DNA of 64,000 nucleotides from an uncultured virus (IMG/VR IMGVR_UViG_3300013121_000030) (lineage: Duplodnaviria > Heunggongvirae > Uroviricota > Caudoviricetes): IMG/VR virus record IMGVR_UViG_3300013121_000030, positions 32,001 through 96,000 of that record; one strand, given 5' to 3'. The notes beneath the pieces were generated by a model that saw nothing but the letters and a program-made list of their open reading frames with translations, was not told where the DNA came from and ran no database searches. Position numbers and translations under genes: made by a program. Below are positions 57,421-64,000 of this stretch, piece after piece; the stretch's first letter is position 1; the number at the start of each line of letters is the position of its first letter.

Positions 57421-57879
57421 TTAGCGGAGAGCCCGCCGCATGAACACCAGCAACTGATTCTCATCTAGGTGCAGGAGAATCTTTAGGGCATTCTGGTGGG
57501 CCCGAAGCTTCTTAGCCTTGCGGAAGACCGCCCGCATCTTTCCCATCCTCAACGTCGCGGCCCAGTTTGATGCTACAGCCTCATGGATGAGGAGGAGGAT
57601 GCGGGTGTTGGGCACCCCAAAGTAACGGAGCGCAACCACTTCCGCCGCCAATGTCTGAAGTTCACGGGCAGGAGCAAGCCGAGCAAACTTGCCCAGACAT
57701 GTCTGAGCAGCATCTGCTGACCACGAATCTGAAGAGAGCGACACTCCGCCAGCCACAAGATGGAGCCCCTCATGCAGAATAGACTCTGCAAGATTTCTCC
57801 CTTCCGTATCCATGAAGGTGTAGGTAGAGATCCCCCGATCCTCCATGAACTCCTCCAGTTTCTCTTCGGTCGCCCACAT
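57421..57879 (-). CDS. Hypothetical protein with an HExxH motif
   Basis: LHEGLH plus a downstream E; ATG 6 nt after the promoter -10. Confidence 0.55.
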   Translation of the reverse strand: MWATEEKLEEFMEDRGISTYTFMDTEGRNLAESILHEGLHLVAGGVSLSSDSWSADAAQTCLGKFARLAPARELQTLAAEVVALRYFGVPNTRILLLIHEAVASNWAATLRMGKMRAVFRKAKKLRAHQNALKILLHLDENQLLVFMRRALR

Positions 57880-57885
57880 ACTTCT

Positions 57886-57913
57886 AGGGTAGCACCTTGA
57901 TTCTCATGTTACA
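57886..57913 (-). promoter_or_regulatory. Conserved phage promoter (TGTAAC-N16-TACCCT)
   Basis: Motif copy. Confidence 0.75.
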
Positions 57914-57914
57914 C

Positions 57915-57949
57915 AAAGAAAAGGAGGGCTGGATATCCAGCCCTCCTTT
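57915..57949 (-). terminator. Rho-independent terminator after DUF932
   Basis: 30-bp perfect palindrome at 57920-57949 ending in a T-rich run on the - strand. Confidence 0.75.
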
Positions 57950-57956
57950 GGGGAGG

Positions 57957-58940
57957 TTACACCATGGAAAGGAGGAGCGTCCGGGCGCGGGCGTTGAGGT
58001 CGGCGCCGCTCCCAAGAAGGACGGACTCGGTCCGGGAGTTCCCGCCCTTGACGTTCTTCACGGTCGCCTCGTGGGAGGTGAAGAACGTGAGGGCGTTGAA
58101 GGCGCCGTAGAAGGTGTTCTCGACTCCCTTCTGGCCCACCGCACCGAACCGAAGCCGGTTCAGGAGCGCGTGGCGGTTCAGCGCCCGCGTCTGGGCGGCC
58201 CCCTCCTCCATGGGGATCGGGAAGAGCTTGAGAAGGAAATTCTCCCACTCGTCAGGGGTCATCCCCCGATTGGCGAGCTTGGTAAGCTCCTCCTCGTCCC
58301 GCTTGAAGCGGGTCATTGCCTCGCCGAGGATGCGGGCCGCCTCCTTCATACGGTCGTCCTTGGACGACGTGTGGCGGATGGAGATTAGGCCGCCCTCACC
58401 ACGAGCCGCGTTCCAGGTGTTCTTGCAGACCACGCGCGTGGTCACAGGCCCGACATGCATGGCGTCCTTGCCATTGTGACTGTTAGTGGCCCAGATGTAG
58501 GGAATATGACGATCCCCGAGAATCGGCTCGAAGCCGTCCTGGAGGCGCCCCAGCGCCCACACGATCTGGCCGTCGCGGAGACTGCCCGCGGTCTCGAAGA
58601 CGACCTTGCCATCCGCCACATCGGCCACGTCCTGGCAGAAGTTGAACAGCTCCTCGTTCTGGATCGGCTGGTACAGCCGACCCGACATCCCCAGCACCTT
58701 GCCGTCGTCCTCCCGGACGATGGCCCGGCCGACGTTCTGGGGGACCCGGATCTCCTGGTCACCATGGCGGATCGTCAGGTCCCGCATGACCACCCGGCTC
58801 TTGAGCTGGGCGAGCCGCATCGCGGTCTCAGCATCCACCGGCTCATCGCCAGCGGAGACCCCCAGACCGTGCCAGGGAACCGCCCCAGCGTACATCATCT
58901 TCGCAACCCCGTTGTTTCCGATTTCGAGTTCGTGTGCCAT
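57957..58940 (-). CDS. DUF932 family phage/plasmid protein
   Basis: MAHE...PWHGLG, YQPIQN, ETAGSL..G, NSHNG, TRVVC.NT, IRHT. Confidence 0.88.
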   Translation of the reverse strand: MAHELEIGNNGVAKMMYAGAVPWHGLGVSAGDEPVDAETAMRLAQLKSRVVMRDLTIRHGDQEIRVPQNVGRAIVREDDGKVLGMSGRLYQPIQNEELFNFCQDVADVADGKVVFETAGSLRDGQIVWALGRLQDGFEPILGDRHIPYIWATNSHNGKDAMHVGPVTTRVVCKNTWNAARGEGGLISIRHTSSKDDRMKEAARILGEAMTRFKRDEEELTKLANRGMTPDEWENFLLKLFPIPMEEGAAQTRALNRHALLNRLRFGAVGQKGVENTFYGAFNALTFFTSHEATVKNVKGGNSRTESVLLGSGADLNARARTLLLSMV

Positions 58941-58946
58941 GCCTCA

Positions 58947-58974
58947 ACAGTAGCACTCCGACTCTCAAGTTACA
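58947..58974 (-). promoter_or_regulatory. Conserved phage promoter (TGTAAC-N16-TACTGT)
   Basis: Motif copy; ATG 6 nt downstream. Confidence 0.75.
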
Positions 58975-59124
58975 TGGTAAAGGACAAGATTTTTCATTCT
59001 TCCGTCGCGGGTCGGATTCGACCCCAAAAACACGGAAAGGACCGTACCTTTCGGCACGATCCTTTCTGATCCTGAGGATGAGCGGCCTTCGACCGTGATC
59101 GCCCTCCGACCACCATCCAAGATT

Positions 59125-59565
59125 TTACGAAGTTTTCTTGAGGAAGTCTCCGAGGGTTCTGTAGCGCTTCGCCAGGTTGCACATTTCCTCATGAAGATCT
59201 TCTCGGACACTTTCCACCGTGTAGCAGTGGAGATTCTCCTTGGTGGCGCCACATCCACATGAACAGTAATCCTGTCGTAGTTGTGCGACATACCACCCAG
59301 GTGCGCGCCAATACATTTCGATCCTATCGTAGGACCGAATTTCCGCGGTAAACTCAGCCCAAAGTTTGAGGTTTTCCCTCTTTCCGAGAAAGAGGACGTA
59401 CTCATCACTCCCAATCTTCGTAGCCTTCAGGCTGGGTGAAATTTCATCATATCGATGTCTCTCCTCATGCTGCTCCATCTGAGAACGGGATGTCGAGGTG
59501 ATGCCACACCTCTCGCAGGCGTAGGTGGTGGAGGTGACGGTGACGGGACTGGAAATTTCCTTCAT
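59125..59565 (-). CDS. Hypothetical protein with a C2H2-like zinc finger
   Basis: YACERCG...HEERH; CSCGC; SD GAGG. Confidence 0.6.
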   Translation of the reverse strand: MKEISSPVTVTSTTYACERCGITSTSRSQMEQHEERHRYDEISPSLKATKIGSDEYVLFLGKRENLKLWAEFTAEIRSYDRIEMYWRAPGWYVAQLRQDYCSCGCGATKENLHCYTVESVREDLHEEMCNLAKRYRTLGDFLKKTS

Positions 59566-59894
59566 GGTGCCTCTGTGTAGGTTTGAGGTATCTTGTAGCT
59601 GGGCCCTGGCTCCCAACCAAAGTGGTTGTTTTTGGAGCCCTTCTGCCCCCTGGAGTTGATTTGCTGCTCAAGGGTGAGACGCTGGACACCCATCCTCTTG
59701 ATGGTCCCGTCGTGCTCCCAGGCTTCCAGGAGGAGATCCGCATCCCGCTCCCCCTCAAAGATCTGGACCCCATGGGGCCGATCGTTGACGAGATAGAGGA
59801 CCAGGTCTGCTCCCGAAGCGAATCCAGTGGCGAGCTTGCAGAGCCAAGCCCGTGCTGCCTTGGAGCCTTGAAGACGGATGAGCGCGGAGTTCAC
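59562..59894 (-). CDS. Hypothetical protein
   Basis: GTG 6 nt after the promoter -10; coupled to the next gene. Confidence 0.5.
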   Translation of the reverse strand: MNSALIRLQGSKAARAWLCKLATGFASGADLVLYLVNDRPHGVQIFEGERDADLLLEAWEHDGTIKRMGVQRLTLEQQINSRGQKGSKNNHFGWEPGPSYKIPQTYTEAP

Positions 59895-59900
59895 AGGTCC

Positions 59901-59958
59901 AGTGTAGCATGCTGATCCGCGAGTTACACGTGTAACTTGTCCCCTGATGTGCTACACT
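59901..59958. promoter_or_regulatory. Back-to-back divergent pair of the conserved promoter
   Basis: agtgta-N16-gttaca-cg-tgtaac-N16-tacact; central 16-bp palindrome at 59922-59937. Confidence 0.85.
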
Positions 59959-59966
59959 CTCTCGTA

Positions 59967-61040
59967 ATGAGCACTTTCGCAACGACCATCCACACCATCA
60001 AGATCTCCGCACACCCGAACGCGGATGCGCTCGAACTCGCCCACGTAGGGGCGTACGTGAGCATCGTCAAGAAGGGTCAGTTCCAGACGGGTGACCGTGT
60101 AGCCTACATCCAGGAGCAGAGCCTTCTTCCTGAGGCGCTTCTGGACGAGCTGGGTCTCCGTGGACGTTTGGCGGGCTCCGAGGGGAATCGTGTCAAGGCG
60201 GTCAAGCTCCGGGGGGTTCTGTCCCAGGGGATTTGCTATCCGGCCCGGCCGGAGTGGGAGGTCGGCCAGGATGTCTCTGAGATCCTGGGAATCACGAAGT
60301 GGGAGCCCCCGATTCCGGCGCATCTGGGAGGCCAGATGCTCAACCTTGGGTCGCGCCACACCGCGACCTACGACATCGAGAATTACAAGGGCTTTCCTGA
60401 CGTCCTGGTCCCTGGGGAGGAGATCGTCGCCACGGAGAAGATCCACGGCACCTGCTGCCAGGTGGTCCTTCTCCCGAAGGGGATGGAGGTCGAGGGGAAG
60501 CGGGTGTTCGTGGGCACAAAGGGGATGGGGGCCAAGGGCCTGGTCTTTCGGGAGGAAGTCCCGAACCCCAACGTCTACATCCGAGCCACCGAGAAGATTC
60601 GGGGAATCTTGGAGGACAGCCCTCTCTTCGTTGGAGCCACAGAGCCTGTGATCCTTCTGGGGGAGGTCTTCGGGGAGGGCGTCCAGGATCTCCACTATGG
60701 AGTCAAGGGAGTCACGTTCCGGGCCTTCGACATCGTTCGGGGATTCCGCGGAGGTCAGAACTTCCTGGACGATTCGGATCTGGATGAGGCCCTTAATGCC
60801 CTCGGGATTCCTCGGGTTCCGGTCCTCTTTCGGGGCCCCTTCGACCTGGAGGCGCTCATGCCCCTCATCCGCGGCAGGGAGACCCTCTCGGGGAATGCGG
60901 TCCACATCCGTGAGGGGATCGTGGTCCGCACGACGAAGGAGCGGAAGGACCCTCAGATTCCCGCCCTGGAAGGTCGTGTCCAGCTCAAGCTGGTGTCGGA
61001 GGACTATCTCCTCCGCAAGGGGGGGACGGAGCACAACTGA
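59967..61040 (+). CDS. RNA ligase, DRB0094/Rnl2-like family
   Basis: OB-like N-terminus HPNADALE...LRGVLSQG; motif I TEKIHGT; GEVFG, AFDI, REGIVVR, LKLVS. Confidence 0.9.
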   Translation: MSTFATTIHTIKISAHPNADALELAHVGAYVSIVKKGQFQTGDRVAYIQEQSLLPEALLDELGLRGRLAGSEGNRVKAVKLRGVLSQGICYPARPEWEVGQDVSEILGITKWEPPIPAHLGGQMLNLGSRHTATYDIENYKGFPDVLVPGEEIVATEKIHGTCCQVVLLPKGMEVEGKRVFVGTKGMGAKGLVFREEVPNPNVYIRATEKIRGILEDSPLFVGATEPVILLGEVFGEGVQDLHYGVKGVTFRAFDIVRGFRGGQNFLDDSDLDEALNALGIPRVPVLFRGPFDLEALMPLIRGRETLSGNAVHIREGIVVRTTKERKDPQIPALEGRVQLKLVSEDYLLRKGGTEHN

Positions 61041-61253
61041 TGCGCCTTGTGCGCCCATCCCGGCGCACCATTCGAGCCGAACAGCTCAAACGCAAGGATC
61101 GACGGCTCTCCCAACGAGCTGGAGGAGCCTCACGGGCAGGTGCGGCTCTCTGTGGAGCTTCAAGTTGCAGTGTTTCAGCCTCTGTCACGGGTTCTTACCT
61201 GCGAATGCAGGCCGACTCCTATGCGGCCCTGGCCGAAACCCTCCGATCATCGG

Positions 61254-61281
61254 TGTAATCTGACGACCGGCGTGCTACCCT
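61254..61281 (+). promoter_or_regulatory. Conserved phage promoter (TGTAAT-N16-TACCCT)
   Basis: Motif copy; ATG 6 nt downstream. Confidence 0.7.
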
Positions 61282-61287
61282 CCAGTC

Positions 61288-61914
61288 ATGAGACTCAACG
61301 CCAGTCTGGAAACCATCCAGAAGACATACGAGACGGAGCGAGCAGGGAGGGCGCTCGCCAGCCAGATCCTCTTTCTCGTGGAGGATCTCCAAGTCACCAT
61401 GAAGGACGAGAAAGATGGCTGGGGAGAGATCGCCAAAGAATCCGGGAAGAGGGAGCTTCTGGATCTTCTTCTCAAGGACCAGAATGCCCATGGAGACGAG
61501 GATTCCAGCGTGGCCTCCGGGACTCGCGCATGGGTTCTGTGGGGCGGTGAGGCCGCAATCGAGCCGTATCTTCAGGCGGTAGAAATTGTCCGCTTCCGAA
61601 AGCATTTCGGGGCGTGGCGAAAGGACCAGAAAAGCGCATTCCGATTCCTCCTCAAGAAGGTGGGAACTGAGGAGATGTTTGGTCTGGATCAAAGCCGCAA
61701 GAACCTCTTCTTCAACCTCGAAGAGGCAACCACGGCTCTGGCCACGGCCTACTCAAAGTGGGTCGAAAAGACTTCAAAGGAATACCTCACCTGCATTGAG
61801 GCAGCCGAGCTTCATCTCAAGAAGCTTCGGGATTCGTGGGATAGCGCACAAAAACGGCTCCTGGAATCCCACCAAAACATCGTCGGAGGTAATCTCGAAA
61901 ATCACCTCCGGTAA
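61288..61914 (+). CDS. Hypothetical helical protein
   Basis: 208-aa ORF directly behind a promoter copy. Confidence 0.65.
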   Translation: MRLNASLETIQKTYETERAGRALASQILFLVEDLQVTMKDEKDGWGEIAKESGKRELLDLLLKDQNAHGDEDSSVASGTRAWVLWGGEAAIEPYLQAVEIVRFRKHFGAWRKDQKSAFRFLLKKVGTEEMFGLDQSRKNLFFNLEEATTALATAYSKWVEKTSKEYLTCIEAAELHLKKLRDSWDSAQKRLLESHQNIVGGNLENHLR

Positions 61915-61915
61915 G

Positions 61916-61943
61916 TGTAACTTCGACGTTGGCGTGCTACACT
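61916..61943 (+). promoter_or_regulatory. Conserved phage promoter (TGTAAC-N16-TACACT) upstream of the tRNA-like RNA
   Basis: Motif copy. Confidence 0.75.
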
Positions 61944-61949
61944 GTCTTT

Positions 61950-62094
61950 GAACTCAACCCCTCCCTGTAGTTCAACAGGGAGAACACCCGGAAGTGATCC
62001 GGAAGTAGGCCGAGGCCCGGTTCGATTCCGGGGATGTGTGGACACAGGCTGAAAGTGTTGGAGGTTCGATTCCTCTCAGGGAGGGGTTGAGTTC
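61950..62094 (+). ncRNA. tRNA-like structured RNA with two T-arms and an extended closing stem
   Basis: Acceptor-like CTCCCTG/CAGGGAG extended to 18 bp; TA-GTTC...GAAC D-arm; two GGTTCGATTCC hairpins; no CCA. Confidence 0.75.
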
Positions 62095-62135
62095 TTGTTC
62101 TCCTTCAGATCAAGACTTCAGAGTATCAGAAACCA

Positions 62136-64000
62136 ATGCCGACACTTCAGCTCTTCTCTCGCGGGGGACAACCCCGCACACTCTTCAACGTCCGTCTTGA
62201 TTCCTTTGCGGGAGTCGCGGCACCAGCTCCCTCCCCCAAGCACTTCGTGATTGTGGTGGACCGTTCGGGGTCCATGTGGGGATCCATGGAGGATCTGAAG
62301 AAGACCCTCCTTCAGCTCCTGGTGGTTCAGGGCTGTACGGATCCTGGGATGCTCGTGTCCCTCATCTCCTACTCTTCCCAGGGGGACATGACGGTTCACT
62401 TCCAGCGGGTTCCTGCTCGCCAGATCACTTCGGGCTCGTCCGCGGAGACCTCGATTCGGGCACTCCACGTCACGGGGCTGACCTGCATCTCGCAGGCTCT
62501 CTCCAAGGCGGTGGAGATGATCCAGCCTGGGGAGGCGACCCTGATTTCCCTCCATTCGGACGGCTACGCGAATGATCGGTCGCCATACACGGAGGGTCGT
62601 GCATTGGATGCGATCGTCGCGGACTTCTCGTCCAAGTATCCGAGCGCATGCATCTGCACGATCGCATACAGCGCCTACTCCGACTTCGGCCTCCTCGATC
62701 GGCTCGCGTCGGCGACGGGAGGTTCCTGCATCGTCGCCTCCTCAATCTTCGAGGTCTTTGAGGCTCTCTCTGCGTCCATGAAGACGCTGGAGGGGACTTC
62801 CAAGGCCATCGAGATCCCAGCCCAGGGGGCCGACTTCGTGGTGGCGATCGACATCGAGGCAAAGAAGGTCTACGGAGCCGAGGGGGATCTTCGGGTTTTT
62901 GGTCTCCACTCGGGAGCGACCATCCTCCGTCTCACCAAGGCTCCTGGGGCCTCTGAGGCAGCTCTGAGTCCCGAGTGGACGCTGGCCTGTGCGCGGGCCT
63001 TCCTGTCCATGAGGCGGCTGGCGGATGCCAAGGGCGCGGCCATGGCTTCTCGTGTGGAGGCCATGAAGAGCCACCTGAACGCGCTCCTCCCCTCGGATCT
63101 GGCCACCTGGTCCCAGGCCATGGAGGAGGCGATTTTCGGGGGTGAGGATCTCCACCAGGTTCCGTCGCTGGTATCCAGCGACGCATCCGTCCTCGACATC
63201 TGCAAGGTTCTGGCGCAGGATCCCTCGCACGTTCAGATCCACATCCCCAGCCTGATGGCCGGTTACAAGCGCCGGTCCATCATGAAGGTGGCAGGCAAGT
63301 GGGATGGGGGGACGCTCGTGGCCCCCAAGACCCGCACCAAGAATGCGGATGACAGTGAGTGGGTGGCCATCACGGGGGTGGATGTTTCGAGCACGAAGTG
63401 TTCGATGAACCTCGCCACGAAGCGCCCGATCGATCTCGTGGACCAGTCGGGAAAGGTCATCACGGAGGCCGGTGGGATTTCTCTGGTGCGGAAGCTCTCC
63501 AACTTCCGCAACTACACCCTGGTCGCGGACGGGAAGGTTCTGGTCCCGCGTCTCCGCATCAAGATCTCTTCCAAGGCCCTTTTTGATCGCCTGGTGCAGA
63601 TGAGGGCCATTCCTGCGGGGAAGTTCACTCCCACGGAGAGTGTGGAGATTGATTTCGAGGGACGTCCTCTCGTCTCGGACGAAGGGTTCTCGATTCCCGC
63701 AGACCTCTTCCAGCGGATGGCGCTCCTGCGGGTGATTTCTTCCACCCTCGCAGCCATCATGAAGGGGGAGTCCGCGGAACTCACCAAGGAGCAGATCGCA
63801 GCGCTTGCTGAGGTGGGTCTCAGCAAGAATCTGTTCGTGAACCTTCCGAGCACGGTTCCGTACGCAGACCGGGATCAGGCTGTGGCGAACGGCTGGATTG
63901 ACAGCTACGTGGCCTACTCGATCAGCCTGGGCTCCAAGGAGATCTTCTCGCTCGGGGAGTTCTACTCCGCGAATGAGTTCCTGGGTCGGTGGTGGGAGGT
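62136..64000 (+). CDS. vWA-domain protein, partial (runs off the window end)
   Basis: Manual translation of the N-terminal part: MPTLQLF...FVIVVDRSGSM (MIDAS), GLTCISQAL, LHSDGYAND; absent from the ORF track, consistent with no stop before 64000. Confidence 0.8.
   Translation, partial: MPTLQLFSRGGQPRTLFNVRLDSFAGVAAPAPSPKHFVIVVDRSGSMWGSMEDLKKTLLQLLVVQGCTDPGMLVSLISYSSQGDMTVHFQRVPARQITSGSSAETSIRALHVTGLTCISQALSKAVEMIQPGEATLISLHSDGYANDRSPYTEGRALDAIVADFSSKYPSACICTIAYSAYSDFGLLDRLASATGGSCIVASSIFEVFEALSASMKTLEGTSKAIEIPAQGADFVVAIDIEAKKVYGAEGDLRVFGLHSGATILRLTKAPGASEAALSPEWTLACARAFLSMRRLADAKGAAMASRVEAMKSHLNALLPSDLATWSQAMEEAIFGGEDLHQVPSLVSSDASVLDICKVLAQDPSHVQIHIPSLMAGYKRRSIMKVAGKWDGGTLVAPKTRTKNADDSEWVAITGVDVSSTKCSMNLATKRPIDLVDQSGKVITEAGGISLVRKLSNFRNYTLVADGKVLVPRLRIKISSKALFDRLVQMRAIPAGKFTPTESVEIDFEGRPLVSDEGFSIPADLFQRMALLRVISSTLAAIMKGESAELTKEQIAALAEVGLSKNLFVNLPSTVPYADRDQAVANGWIDSYVAYSISLGSKEIFSLGEFYSANEFLGRWWE

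Noticed and set aside
61961-62084. Canonical tRNA-His(GTG) or tmRNA
   Set aside because: No U33, the first T-arm is not followed by a matching acceptor strand, no CCA, and there is no tag reading frame or tmRNA-scale length
62136-64000. vWA protein as a Ro60/TROVE partner of the adjacent RNA
   Set aside because: The vWA domain is N-terminal here, whereas Ro60 has TROVE first and vWA last; the gene is also truncated by the window

Overview
A 64-kb segment of a large, probably lytic, myovirus-type (contractile-tail) dsDNA phage genome. I saw no integrase and no contiguous host housekeeping region. The left ~41 kb is mainly a + strand virion block: neck and tail-completion genes, a UvrD helicase, an actin-fold ATPase, a 2446-aa tail sheath, tail tube, terminase large subunit, portal, 2H phosphoesterase, intein-containing prohead protease, acidic scaffold, decoration protein and HK97-type major capsid protein (MCP), followed by a nuclease-fold/DNA methyltransferase cassette. 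The right ~23 kb is an early/accessory region, mostly on the - strand, driven by a conserved promoter, TGTAAC-N16-TACNNT (12 copies found). It encodes a sigma-like factor, a nicotinamidase-vWA-PP2C-kinase (TerY-P-like) operon, a Maf/CoaB-aldolase/methyltransferase operon, DUF932, an RNA ligase and a vWA protein. The most notable unannotated signals are: (1) an orphan type I-E-like CRISPR mini-array (61-bp period) inside an operon; (2) a promoter-driven 145-nt tRNA-like RNA with two T-arms and an 18-bp closing stem; (3) seven nested 'Russian-doll' domains in the tail sheath; (4) an in-frame 34-bp duplication of the MCP 3' end bracketing a 3-kb cassette; (5) recurrent K/R-x-A motifs suggesting enzymes packaged into the head. 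All calls come from reading motifs by eye; no database searches were run.
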